NCBI GenBank assembly: GCA_963677435.1
Contig: OY781945.1
Span: forward strand, 128,001 to 192,000
Origin: an uncultured Aliarcobacter sp.
GTDB taxonomy: Bacteria > Campylobacterota > Campylobacteria > Campylobacterales > Arcobacteraceae
DNA: 64,000 nt
Reading direction: 5' to 3'
Part shown: positions 1 through 11,525 of the stretch, in pieces
Layout of the letters: every line of letters starts with the position of its first letter
How positions within the stretch are numbered: position 1 is the first letter of the stretch
Made by a program: the position numbers and the translations under genes
The notes under the pieces: model-generated
Told to the model about the DNA's origin: nothing
The model's database searches: none
Seen by the model: the letters and a program-made list of their open reading frames with translations, nothing else

Positions 1-42
1 AAAAAGCAAATTTAATAGATGTTGCATAACTATAATTTTTAA

Positions 43-606
43 TTATAGTAAATGCCCCATTTTCTCTTTTTTTGTCTCTAAATATTCATAATTATATTCA
101 CAACTATTTATAATAATCGGAACTCTTTTTACTATTTTTGTATATTTTAATGATGTTAATTTCAAAGGATTATTTGTCATTAGTTTTATTTTTTTTATAT
201 TAAAATGTTTTAAAATTTCATCTACAATTTTGTAATCTCGATAATCTTGTTTGAAACCTAAAAGCTCATTTGCTTTTATTGTGTCATGCCCTAAATCTTG
301 TAAAGAATATGCATTTACCTTATTAAAAAGTCCAATTCCTCTTCCTTCTTGTCTTAAGTAAATAACCATTCCACCATCTTTTTGAATCTGCTTTAATGCA
401 AAATCTAACTGTTCGCCACAATCACATTTTAAACTTTTAAAAACATCTCCAGTTAGACACTCTGAATGAATTCTAACGGTTGGAATTGAAGGAAGTGTAT
501 ATGTAAATATGGCTAAATGTTCTTTATCATTTTGTTTAAAAGATTGTATTTTAAAATCCCCATATGAAGTGGGTAAATTTGCTATTTTTGATATTTCTAT
601 ATTCAT
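43..606 (-). CDS. ribA: GTP cyclohydrolase II
   Basis: VRIHSECLTGD, KCDCG, YLRQEGRGIGL and LMTNNP motifs. Confidence 0.96.
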   Translation of the reverse strand: MNIEISKIANLPTSYGDFKIQSFKQNDKEHLAIFTYTLPSIPTVRIHSECLTGDVFKSLKCDCGEQLDFALKQIQKDGGMVIYLRQEGRGIGLFNKVNAYSLQDLGHDTIKANELLGFKQDYRDYKIVDEILKHFNIKKIKLMTNNPLKLTSLKYTKIVKRVPIIINSCEYNYEYLETKKEKMGHLL

Positions 607-649
607 GGCAGAATTTTAACAAAATCTGCTTATATGCAACTTAGTTGCA

Positions 650-1261
650 TTAATCTATGCAGTCAGTAGTTGCATTGTCAATTAAAGTTATATACCATTT
701 ATCATCTATCAGCGTCAAATAAAAAATCATGTTATAAGTAATGGTAACCTCATAGCTTGTTTGTTCAATAAAATCAACTTTTTCTATCTCTTCTTCTTTA
801 TAACTATTTGGATTTACAATATTAGCTTCTTCCATGATAGGTGTAATCAAAGGTTTTGTTTTAGCATTTAAATAAATTCCCTCTTTATCCCAACCGTATA
901 AACTATCATCTGAAGTGCTACAATAAAAATTTGCTTTTTCATTTTTTACTTCAAATGAATCTACATCGTTTTTTATTTTAGTTATACTATTTTTATGTTC
1001 AAAGATATTTTTTCCATCTAATTTTGAAACTTCATATAATCCATATTTTGGATTTATATATTTACTGTTTAGTAATGCTAAATTATTTTGTTTAATTAGA
1101 TGCGTAATATTAATCACTTCATTTATCAAAGAAGTTGTTATCTCTTTTTTTTCATAGCTTTTTTTCTTGTTTGGTGTCATTAAATTATTCACAGAACAAG
1201 CTGTAAAGAAAAATGCTAGAAGTAGGAATATTGCTAAATTTACTATTTTACGAAGGTACAT
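650..1261 (-). CDS. hypothetical lipoprotein
   Basis: N-terminal hydrophobic stretch ending in lipobox FTAC; no recognisable domain. Confidence 0.7.
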   Translation of the reverse strand: MYLRKIVNLAIFLLLAFFFTACSVNNLMTPNKKKSYEKKEITTSLINEVINITHLIKQNNLALLNSKYINPKYGLYEVSKLDGKNIFEHKNSITKIKNDVDSFEVKNEKANFYCSTSDDSLYGWDKEGIYLNAKTKPLITPIMEEANIVNPNSYKEEEIEKVDFIEQTSYEVTITYNMIFYLTLIDDKWYITLIDNATTDCID

Positions 1262-1399
1262 ATATCAATTCACTTATGTTTTTTTCTTTTATATTACATT
1301 TAATTATCTTAAATAATTAATAATTAACTTTAAGAGTTTACTTTAATAATATCTTAGATAAAATAAATGCTTATAATTTAATAATTAGGATTTTATAAA

Positions 1400-2320
1400 A
1401 TGACTGAATCAAAATATATATGGATGGATGGAGAATTTGTAGCTTGGCATGATGCAAAAGTTCATGTATTAAGTCACACTCTTCACTATGGAAATGGTGC
1501 TATTGAAGGTACTAAAGCTTATAAAACAGTAGATGGCAGATGTGCAATTTTTAAACTTAATGAACATACAAAGAGATTATTAAACTCTTCAAAAATGACA
1601 CTTATGAATGTACCTTTTACACTTGAAGAATTAAATAAAGCTCAAATAGAATTACTACAAAAAAATGAATTATTTGAAGGTGCTTATATTCGACCTTTAG
1701 TATATCTAGGTTACGGAGTTATGGGATTATATCATAAAGATGCACCTGTAAAAGTAAGTGTATCTGCATGGGAATGGGGAGCTTATTTAGGTGAAGAAGG
1801 TCTTAAAAAAGGTGTTAGAGTAAAAATATCATCAATGACAAGAACTCCAAATACTTCAGGAATGGGAAAAGCAAAAGCAGTTGCAAATTACCTTAACTCT
1901 CAAATGGCAAAATTTGAAGCAGTTGAAGCTGGATATGATGAAGCCTTGTTAAGAGATGACCAAGGTTATATCGCAGAAGCAAGTGGCGCTTGTTTCTTTA
2001 TCGTTAGAGATGGAGCATTAATTACTCCTCCAAATGATAATTCACTTGAATCAATTACACAAGCTACTGTTATTGATTTGGCTTCTGATATGGGAATTCC
2101 AGTTATTAGAAGAAGAATTTCTAGAGAAGAAGTTTATATAGCTGATGAAGCATTCTTCACAGGAACTGCTGCTGAAATAACTCCAATTAGAGATGTTGAT
2201 GCAAGAGTTATAGGTTGTGGATCAAGAGGTCCAATTACAGAAAAAATACAATCAGCATACTTTGATGTAGTTGCTGGTAAAAATGAAAAATATATTAAGT
2301 ATTTAACATATGTTAACTAA
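1400..2320 (+). CDS. ilvE: branched-chain amino acid aminotransferase
   Basis: HTLHYG..EG, YIRP, AKAVANY (PLP Lys), LESIT, EAFFTGTAAEITP. Confidence 0.96.
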   Translation: MTESKYIWMDGEFVAWHDAKVHVLSHTLHYGNGAIEGTKAYKTVDGRCAIFKLNEHTKRLLNSSKMTLMNVPFTLEELNKAQIELLQKNELFEGAYIRPLVYLGYGVMGLYHKDAPVKVSVSAWEWGAYLGEEGLKKGVRVKISSMTRTPNTSGMGKAKAVANYLNSQMAKFEAVEAGYDEALLRDDQGYIAEASGACFFIVRDGALITPPNDNSLESITQATVIDLASDMGIPVIRRRISREEVYIADEAFFTGTAAEITPIRDVDARVIGCGSRGPITEKIQSAYFDVVAGKNEKYIKYLTYVN

Positions 2321-2366
2321 TATTGAGTAACATAAATTTAATTAGATATTTAAAACAAGGAAAAAT

Positions 2367-3449
2367 ATGCCAATAGATAACGATTATTTTAAGAACAGAC
2401 AACAGAACAACGGTGGTGGGAACAATAATAATGGTGGTGGTGGAAATTTCCAACCTCCTTTTGAAACACCTGAATTTTTTAAAAACTTTGGGAAAAAAGC
2501 TGGAATGCTTTATGTGGTTATCATAATTATTGGTGCACTTTTTATTTTTAAACCATTTGTGATTATTGAATCTGGACAAGTTGGTATTATTGCAACAACT
2601 GGTAAATATGATAAAACACCATTAAATCCAGGTTTTCATTTATATATACCTGTTTTTCAAAAAGTTATTATAGTTGATACAAAAATTAGATTATTAAACT
2701 ATAGAAGTGTTGAAGAAATGAGTGGATTTGACCCTGGAATTAAAATTAATCCTGCAATTAATATTCTTGATGCAAGAGGATTACCTGTTTCTATTGAACT
2801 TACTGTTCAATATAAATTAATCGCAGATGGAGCACCAGAGACAATTGCTACATGGGGATTATCATGGGAAGATAAAATTGTAAATCCTGTTGTAAGAAAT
2901 GTTGTAAGAAATGTTGTAGGTGGATTTAATGCTGAAGATTTACCAACAAAAAGAAATGAAATTGCAACTATGATTGAATTAGATATCAAAAAACAAGTTT
3001 CTGAATTAGCAAAAGGTTCTGTATCAATTGAATCTGTTCAATTAAGAGAAATTGTTTTACCTGCAAAAATCAAAGAGCAAATTGAAAGAGTTCAAATTGC
3101 AAACCAAGAATCTGAAAGAGTAAGATACGAAGTTTTAAGAGCTAAACAAGAAGCTGAAAAAAGAGCAGCTCAAGCAACTGGTGAAGCTGAAGCTAAAAGA
3201 ATTGAAGCACAAGGTAGAGCAGATGCTGTAACGATTGAAGCAAAAGCACAATCTGTTGCAAATAAAACAATTGCTGAGTCTTTAACACCTGCATTATTAC
3301 AAATGCAACAAATTGAAGTTCAAGGTAGATTTAATGATGCATTAAAAGAAAATAAAGATGCTAAAATTTTCTTAACTCCTGGTGGTTCAACTCCAAATAT
3401 TTGGGTTGATACTAAAGATAAATCAAGAGATTCATCTATTAACAAATAA
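2367..3449 (+). CDS. SPFH/prohibitin (band 7) family membrane protein
   Basis: TM helix, PGFHLYIP, band-7 domain, AxGEAEA coiled coil; N/G-rich N-terminus. Confidence 0.9.
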   Translation: MPIDNDYFKNRQQNNGGGNNNNGGGGNFQPPFETPEFFKNFGKKAGMLYVVIIIIGALFIFKPFVIIESGQVGIIATTGKYDKTPLNPGFHLYIPVFQKVIIVDTKIRLLNYRSVEEMSGFDPGIKINPAINILDARGLPVSIELTVQYKLIADGAPETIATWGLSWEDKIVNPVVRNVVRNVVGGFNAEDLPTKRNEIATMIELDIKKQVSELAKGSVSIESVQLREIVLPAKIKEQIERVQIANQESERVRYEVLRAKQEAEKRAAQATGEAEAKRIEAQGRADAVTIEAKAQSVANKTIAESLTPALLQMQQIEVQGRFNDALKENKDAKIFLTPGGSTPNIWVDTKDKSRDSSINK

Positions 3450-3452
3450 TTT

Positions 3453-3478
3453 AAATAGAGTAGGAAACTACTCTATTT
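3453..3478 (+). terminator. intrinsic terminator hairpin after SPFH gene
   Basis: AAATAGAGTAG-gaaa-CTACTCTATTT inverted repeat. Confidence 0.7.
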
Positions 3479-3484
3479 TACTCA

Positions 3485-3904
3485 ATGAAAAAAATACTTA
3501 TATTTCTTATCTTTATTATTCTTTTATTCTTTTTTTCTTTACCCACAGATAATGTAAATAAAGAAGAGTTAAAACTAAATAAAGAAAAAAATAAAATCAC
3601 AAAAGAGACCACTCCTACAATAATAGAAAATAATACTCCTCCTTCAACTAAAAAAGAAGAAGCAAAAAAAATAATAAAAACTCCTATAAAAAAAGAAGAA
3701 GTTAAAATCAATTTAAATCCAGAAATTACAATAAGTAGAGAAAAAGATAGATATAAAAAAGAGAAATACAAAGAACCAAAATCTATTAAAGAAGTGCATG
3801 AAGAGAAAATAAAAGAAGATTTAGAGATGAATTTTGGTATAAGTATCGATAAAGAAAAAAAAGCAATAGATTCAATTAAACTAGATTTACAAAAAAAATT
3901 TTAA
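3485..3904 (+). CDS. hypothetical exported Lys/Glu-rich protein
   Basis: N-terminal hydrophobic segment, charged linker, co-oriented between SPFH and hisIE. Confidence 0.65.
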   Translation: MKKILIFLIFIILLFFFSLPTDNVNKEELKLNKEKNKITKETTPTIIENNTPPSTKKEEAKKIIKTPIKKEEVKINLNPEITISREKDRYKKEKYKEPKSIKEVHEEKIKEDLEMNFGISIDKEKKAIDSIKLDLQKKF

Positions 3905-3913
3905 GGCTAAGAG

Positions 3914-4597
3914 ATGGAAATATTAAATAAGGTTGACTGGGAAAAAATGGAAGGATTGATTCCTGTTATTACACAAGATGCGACGACAAATGAAGTTTTA
4001 ATGCTTGCATACATGAATAAAGAGGCTCTTGAATTAACAATTAAAACAAACTATGCTCATTATTTTAGTAGAAGTAAACAACGAATTTGGAAAAAAGGTG
4101 AAAGTTCAAACCATCTTCAAGAAATTGTAGAAATTTTAATCGATTGTGATAATGATACTTTACTTTTAAAAGTAAATCAAGCAGGTGTTGCTTGTCATAC
4201 AGGAAGAAAATCTTGTTTCTTTACGAATCTCGCTACAAATGAAACAATAAGTGATGTTCAAATTGATACAACATCTGCTTATGGAGTTATTGATACTTTA
4301 TATCACACAATTCAAGAGAAAAAAAATGATGATCCAACAAAATCATATACAGCAAAACTTCTTCAAGGTAAACAAAACTCAATGCTTAAAAAAATTGTTG
4401 AAGAATCAGGTGAATTTACTTTTGCAATAAAAGATAATGACACAGAAGAAATCATTTATGAAGCAGCTGATATTACATACCATGTTTTAGTTGCACTTGC
4501 ATCTAAAAATATAAGTCCAGATAGAGTTAAACAAGAGTTAGCTAGAAGATTTGGAATTTCAGGGATTGAAGAGAAAAATTCAAGAACAGATAAATAA
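3914..4597 (+). CDS. hisIE: bifunctional phosphoribosyl-AMP cyclohydrolase/phosphoribosyl-ATP diphosphatase
   Basis: WKKGESS, DCDND, ACHTGRKSCF, SYTAKL, EAAD..YH. Confidence 0.96.
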   Translation: MEILNKVDWEKMEGLIPVITQDATTNEVLMLAYMNKEALELTIKTNYAHYFSRSKQRIWKKGESSNHLQEIVEILIDCDNDTLLLKVNQAGVACHTGRKSCFFTNLATNETISDVQIDTTSAYGVIDTLYHTIQEKKNDDPTKSYTAKLLQGKQNSMLKKIVEESGEFTFAIKDNDTEEIIYEAADITYHVLVALASKNISPDRVKQELARRFGISGIEEKNSRTDK

Positions 4598-4620
4598 AAA
4601 GAGCTAAAAACTCTTTTTAT
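4594..4620. terminator. bidirectional terminator between hisIE and mrp
   Basis: ATAAAAAGAG...CTCTTTTTAT inverted repeat between convergent genes. Confidence 0.6.
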
Positions 4621-4632
4621 CTTTAAAAAAAC

Positions 4633-5823
4633 TTAGTGGCAACCACATCCAGTTCCACAACTTCCTGATGAAGCTTGTTTCTGTGCTTTTTCATGCTCAG
4701 CTTTTATTTTTTGACCTTCAGTTGAACAAGCACTTACACCTGCTGGCATAATTGGTTGAATTGCTGAGTTACTGATATTATCATCAATACTTGCTAAAAA
4801 CTGAATTAATTTATCAGCTGCAATCATATATCTTTTTGCAGAAACTGATTCAGGATTGAAGTAAACTACAGGTTTTCCAGCATCTCCACCTTCTCTAATA
4901 GCTGGTTCAATTGGTAAATTTGCTAATACTTGCGTATTATATTGAACTGCAAGTTCTTCACATGTTCCCATTCCAAAAATATCAGATTCAGTATTACATG
5001 AAGGACAAACAAATCCGCTCATATTTTCAACAATTCCAGCAACTGGAATATGTAGTTTTTTGAACATATCTAAAGATCTTCTTGAATCATCAAGAGCAAC
5101 ATGTTGAGGAGTAGTAACATTAATTCCAGCACTTACAGGTACACTTTGAGCTAATGTTAATTGAGCATCACCCGTTCCTGGAGGCATATCAATAAATAAA
5201 ATATCTAACTCTTCCCATAAAATATCTCTTAAAAGTTGTTGGATTGCTTTCATAATCATAGCACCTCTCCAAATAAGAGCTTGACCTTCTTCCATTAACA
5301 TACCCATTGACATAACATCAACACCATAAGCATTTAAAGGTTTTGCTTTATCTCCAACAATTTCTACTTCTTTACCTTGTAAACCCATCATACGAGGGAT
5401 ATTTGGTCCATAAATGTCAGCATCAAGGATACCAACTCTTTTACCTTGCATTGCAGCTGCAACTGCTAAGTTTACAGTTGTAGTTGATTTACCAACTCCA
5501 CCTTTTCCTGAACTTACCATTACAACTTTTTTGATTTGTGGTGCAATATTTTTACCACTTACACTATTACTTGATTGTTTTTGCTCTTGAGGTTTATTAA
5601 AATTCAGCGTTACATTCATTCCAATAGTACTTAATGCTGCTGTAATTTCTTTTCTTAGTTGAGCTTCAACTTCAGGAGCAGTTGATGTAATATCAAGTAC
5701 AACTAAACAGTCTGTTCCATTTACTTGAATATCTTTTACAAATCCAAACTCTACTATTGATTTTGCAAAACCTGGATATTTAATATTTTCTAATTCTTTT
5801 TTAATATTTTCTACATTTGCCAT
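4633..5823 (-). CDS. mrp: Mrp/ApbC/NBP35 Fe-S cluster carrier ATPase
   Basis: SGKGGVGKST, DADIYGP, DMPPGTGD, ENMS..CPSC. Confidence 0.93.
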   Translation of the reverse strand: MANVENIKKELENIKYPGFAKSIVEFGFVKDIQVNGTDCLVVLDITSTAPEVEAQLRKEITAALSTIGMNVTLNFNKPQEQKQSSNSVSGKNIAPQIKKVVMVSSGKGGVGKSTTTVNLAVAAAMQGKRVGILDADIYGPNIPRMMGLQGKEVEIVGDKAKPLNAYGVDVMSMGMLMEEGQALIWRGAMIMKAIQQLLRDILWEELDILFIDMPPGTGDAQLTLAQSVPVSAGINVTTPQHVALDDSRRSLDMFKKLHIPVAGIVENMSGFVCPSCNTESDIFGMGTCEELAVQYNTQVLANLPIEPAIREGGDAGKPVVYFNPESVSAKRYMIAADKLIQFLASIDDNISNSAIQPIMPAGVSACSTEGQKIKAEHEKAQKQASSGSCGTGCGCH

Positions 5824-5970
5824 ATAAAATTTCCTTTAATATTTACTAACGATTGCATTATAATTTAAATAGGATAATTATTATCTTAATTAATTATACT
5901 ATAAAGTATTTTAGCTAAAGAATAAAAAGAATAAAGAATAAATATGATAGAAAAATGAGAAATTTACAAA

Positions 5971-6001
5971 AATAGTAGATACAAATTTTGTATCTACTAT
6001 T
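5971..6001 (-). terminator. terminator downstream of thiC
   Basis: 15-bp arms AATAGTAGATACAAA / TTTGTATCTACTATT. Confidence 0.75.
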
Positions 6002-6012
6002 AAAAAGAGAGA

Positions 6013-7380
<1,368 letters not shown>

Positions 7381-7512
7381 TTATTATATTTGAATTGTAA
7401 ATCGATTATAGCTAAAAATATTTACAGAACAATAATTACTTTCATTAATTTGTAATTATTATTTGTATAAGTTTCTTTTCTATATAATAAATGTAAATAT
7501 ATACTAGGAGTA

Positions 7513-9504
7513 ATGATGATTAGTAATAAAGATTCTAATAACTCCCCAACTTTTAGTTTTTATAGCAAAAAAGAGTTGGCACAAAAAGATAGTATAAAAC
7601 AAATAGATTTAATCTTAGAAAAATATAACATCTTAGAAAATGACAATCAATTAATAAGTTCTTTTGAAAAAAATGTTTTATATATTATTAATTATATAGA
7701 AGTATTATTCATCAAAAGAGTACCTATCCCTGAAGATATTGAAGATTTATTTCTAAATAACCCTTCATTAAAAGAGAATGTAAATCTTTTTATTGAAAAA
7801 AAACTACTTAATTTAACAAAAAAAGACTCTTTGTATTTTTTTAAAGATATAAATATTATGTTACATATTTTATCTATTGGTACAAATGAAAAAATCATAG
7901 AATCATATAATAATTACAATTTTGATAGTACATCTAATCTTTTTAGATTTTACGAAAATAGATTAAAAGAGTTGTTTTTAACTAATAAAGAGCTCTTTTG
8001 TTTATCTTTTGATTCTTATATAATTTTATTAAGAACTATAACCCAACTATGTAATTTTAATTCAATTGATGAAATTGCCAAAAAAAGTATTAAATTCTTT
8101 ATTGAATTAATGACAGAATCAATTAATATTTTAAAATTTAATATTTTACTAGATAAAAATCAGTTAAATAAATTAAATAATATTCAAGGAAAATATCTAT
8201 ATTATTTTTCATATATTGAAAATATACCATTTGATACTAATGATTTAAAAACAACTTTTGAAAACTATTTTTTAACCCTTGAAAGACATGAAGCTGGATA
8301 TGTAATCTCCTCTGAGAGTAATTTTGGTGATGAAACACAAAATTTAGATTCTCAAGAATTTTTAATATATAAAAAGAATTCTTCTGTCTTAATTTTAAAA
8401 TTGATAAAAGATTTAAAAGCTAATATTAATGAAGAATTATATTTTAAAGAAGAAGATTTTCAAAGGATTCTAAGATTTTACTACAAAAAATTTAGTCTTT
8501 ATCATTCAAATGATGATATAGCTGAAAATTTAGATATTTTTCAAAAAGATCTCTTAAATACACTTTTATTAAATTATCATATTAATCAGGATTTTAAAAA
8601 ACAACTTGATTATCATTTTATTATTGATGATTTCATATTTTCACAAGAGATTTTGACTAATACAAATATTGAAATTATTTTCCAGCTTCTATATTTTACT
8701 GATGATATCGCTTTATATAAATATCATCTAATTTCACAGATTCTTGTGCAACATAATCCTATAAAGAATGATTATCACGAATATTTTAAATTAGCAATTT
8801 TTGATTTATGTGTAAATAAGTCTATTCATATCAAATATAATACAGATTTAGAAAATGTTCTAAAAAAAATATTTACCTATGTAGATAACTACAAAATTGC
8901 ATCTCATCTTTTATCAGTTTACTCTAAAATTTATTTAAGTCTCAGTCTTTTTTACTCAGAAAATCAAATTAATATTGATAAGGCAAAAAAATTATATGCT
9001 AGCTTTATTCAAATAAATGGCTTAGAAATTCTAGAAAATGAGTACAATGAAATAAATCTTAAAATTTTGTCTAATATTCAACATTCTAAAGATTTTATTT
9101 TAAATGAATTTTTTGAAAATAAAAATCGTGAATTAAAAAATGAACTTGAGTCAATTAAAAACAGAATCGATAAAAATATTTCATCAAATGAGATGAAAAC
9201 TTTATTATCAATTTTTATTTCAAATGATATCTTTCATGGTGTATGTGAGACTGTTATTGTTGAATATGAAGAAAAGTTAGCTACATTAGATGCAGGATTT
9301 GAAGAATATCAAATAATTTTACCAAAGTATATAATTAGGCTAATTTTTACATCTGTTTATAAAAATAATTTTTTATCAATTTTTGATAATTATAAATCTT
9401 TTCTAGAAAATGATCTTTGCTCTATTCTCAATGATTTTAAAGAAAAAAATAAAAAATTCAGCATTCTTATTGATGATGAAGATGAAATTGAAATAAACTA
9501 TTAA
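7513..9504 (+). CDS. hypothetical cytoplasmic helical protein (663 aa)
   Basis: long ORF with AGGAG RBS; no recognisable motif. Confidence 0.7.
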   Translation: MMISNKDSNNSPTFSFYSKKELAQKDSIKQIDLILEKYNILENDNQLISSFEKNVLYIINYIEVLFIKRVPIPEDIEDLFLNNPSLKENVNLFIEKKLLNLTKKDSLYFFKDINIMLHILSIGTNEKIIESYNNYNFDSTSNLFRFYENRLKELFLTNKELFCLSFDSYIILLRTITQLCNFNSIDEIAKKSIKFFIELMTESINILKFNILLDKNQLNKLNNIQGKYLYYFSYIENIPFDTNDLKTTFENYFLTLERHEAGYVISSESNFGDETQNLDSQEFLIYKKNSSVLILKLIKDLKANINEELYFKEEDFQRILRFYYKKFSLYHSNDDIAENLDIFQKDLLNTLLLNYHINQDFKKQLDYHFIIDDFIFSQEILTNTNIEIIFQLLYFTDDIALYKYHLISQILVQHNPIKNDYHEYFKLAIFDLCVNKSIHIKYNTDLENVLKKIFTYVDNYKIASHLLSVYSKIYLSLSLFYSENQINIDKAKKLYASFIQINGLEILENEYNEINLKILSNIQHSKDFILNEFFENKNRELKNELESIKNRIDKNISSNEMKTLLSIFISNDIFHGVCETVIVEYEEKLATLDAGFEEYQIILPKYIIRLIFTSVYKNNFLSIFDNYKSFLENDLCSILNDFKEKNKKFSILIDDEDEIEINY

Positions 9505-9519
9505 TAATATAGGGAAATA

Positions 9520-10341
9520 ATGAAAAAAGATTTAATAGAAGAGATAAATTCTTTACCTCCTCTTCCAGCAAGTGTAATTGAACTTGATAAATATAGAAAC
9601 ATAAAAAATACAGATATTAAAAATCTAATTTCTATTATTGAAAAAGATCCATTAATGGTGGTAACTATTCTAAAAATAGCTAATTCAAGTATGTTTGGAT
9701 TTAAGAGTAAAATTGAAACACTAAGTAGAGCTATAAATTTACTTGGTACAAATTTCACATTAACTGTTGCAATTGGTTATGCAATGCAAAATACAATTCA
9801 TAGTAATTTATTAGCATATGCTGTAAAAAATGAAGACTTTTTATTTATTAGTTCATTAGCAACAAATATCGTAAATACTTGGGTTTCAAAAATTGATTTC
9901 GATTTAAAAAATGAATTACTTTTACCTGCTTTTTTACAAGAGGTTGGGAAATTTATAATTTCACAAGTAATACAAAAAAATAGAAAATCGGAAGAATTCT
10001 TAATTGAATTAGAAGAAACAAGAGATACGACCTATTGTGAAAAAAAATATACTGGTTATAGCTGCGCTAGAATAACTGCAAATATATTTAAACAATGGGA
10101 TATAAGTCCTAATATAATTATTCCTATTGCCTTTACTGATGACATTGTTTCTTGCCCAATTGAATTTAGAACTAAAGCTCAGATTTTAGAAATCATTAAA
10201 ATATTATGTGACATTCGTTATCCACTAAGTGACAAAAATATTGAAAAGGCTTTAAATAAAGTATCTATGTATAATTTCGATATTGAGCATTTTTTAAACT
10301 CAATAGATGTTATAAAAGAAGTACTTACACAAAATTCTTAA
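9520..10341 (+). CDS. HDOD domain protein
   Basis: SLPPLP, IIEKDP..ILKIANS, AINLLG, LQEVGK. Confidence 0.88.
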   Translation: MKKDLIEEINSLPPLPASVIELDKYRNIKNTDIKNLISIIEKDPLMVVTILKIANSSMFGFKSKIETLSRAINLLGTNFTLTVAIGYAMQNTIHSNLLAYAVKNEDFLFISSLATNIVNTWVSKIDFDLKNELLLPAFLQEVGKFIISQVIQKNRKSEEFLIELEETRDTTYCEKKYTGYSCARITANIFKQWDISPNIIIPIAFTDDIVSCPIEFRTKAQILEIIKILCDIRYPLSDKNIEKALNKVSMYNFDIEHFLNSIDVIKEVLTQNS

Positions 10342-10397
10342 CTTATGCATAAGTAACTATATACTATAATCTGTAACTTTTTTACACAAAGGGGATT

Positions 10398-11525
10398 TTG
10401 TTGTTAGATGTTACACTCATAGTTTTATGCGCGGGGAATTCTTCACGGTTTGAGCATAAAACAAAAAAACAATGGATTAGAATTGAAAATGAACCATTAT
10501 GGTTAAATGTTACGAAAAGGCTATCATCATTTTCACAATTCAATAAAATTATTGTTGCTTCCCATGAAAATGAATTAAATTATATGAAAAATTTCACAGA
10601 TGATTTTACTTTTGTAAAAGGTGGAGAAACTAGACAAAAATCTATTTTAAACTGCTTAGAATTTGTAACAACAAAATTTGTAATGATAAGTGATGTAGCC
10701 AGAGCTTGTATTCCCCAAAGTGTAATAAAAAATCTTTTAGAGGAAAAAGGAAATGCTGATTGCATAGTTCCTGTTTTAAATGTTACAGATACTGTAATTT
10801 ATGAAACAAATACTATAAATAGAGATTCTGTAAAATTAATACAAACTCCTCAACTTTCCCTTACTCAAAAACTAAAAGATGCATTAAATACTTCTATAGA
10901 ATTTACAGATGAGAGTTCTGCAATAAAGGCAATAAATGGAACAATTAAGTATATTCAAGGAAGTAATGAGAGTAAAAAATTAACACTTGGAAATGAATTA
11001 GATGAACTTCCAAATTTAAAAGCTCCTTCGAATAACTTCTTTACTGGAACAGGTTTTGATATTCATGCATTTGAAGATAATAAAGAGATGTTTTTAGGTG
11101 GAGTAAAACTTCCCTATGAATTTGGATTTAAAGCTCACAGTGATGGTGATGTTTTGATTCATTCAATTATTGATGCACTTTTAGGAGCTTGTGGAGCAGG
11201 AGATATTGGTGAATTTTTCCCAGATACAGATGAAAAGTATAAAGGAATAGATTCAAAAATTTTACTTGAGCATATTATTAAATTTATTTGCAGTGTTGGT
11301 TATGAAATTGTAAATATAGATACAACAATAATTGCTCAAAAACCAAAAATAAATCCATTTAAACATGAAATAAAGAATTCATTAGCTGCGTTATTGAATA
11401 TCGAAAAACAATTTATAAATGTAAAAGCAACAACTGCTGAAAAAATGGGATTTATTGGACGAGCAGAAGGTGTAGCAGTTCAAAGTATAGCTACATTGAA
11501 ATACTATAATTGGAAACAAAAATGA
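10398..11525 (+). CDS. ispDF: bifunctional IspD/IspF
   Basis: AGNSSRF..KQW, QTPQ, GFDIH, AHSDGDV, GDIG, NVKATTAE. Confidence 0.95.
   Translation: MLLDVTLIVLCAGNSSRFEHKTKKQWIRIENEPLWLNVTKRLSSFSQFNKIIVASHENELNYMKNFTDDFTFVKGGETRQKSILNCLEFVTTKFVMISDVARACIPQSVIKNLLEEKGNADCIVPVLNVTDTVIYETNTINRDSVKLIQTPQLSLTQKLKDALNTSIEFTDESSAIKAINGTIKYIQGSNESKKLTLGNELDELPNLKAPSNNFFTGTGFDIHAFEDNKEMFLGGVKLPYEFGFKAHSDGDVLIHSIIDALLGACGAGDIGEFFPDTDEKYKGIDSKILLEHIIKFICSVGYEIVNIDTTIIAQKPKINPFKHEIKNSLAALLNIEKQFINVKATTAEKMGFIGRAEGVAVQSIATLKYYNWKQK

Noticed and set aside
2888..2919. Tandem TGTTGTAAGAAA repeat
   Set aside because: In-frame coding repeat (VVRN VVRN VV) in the SPFH domain; not a CRISPR or phase-variation tract
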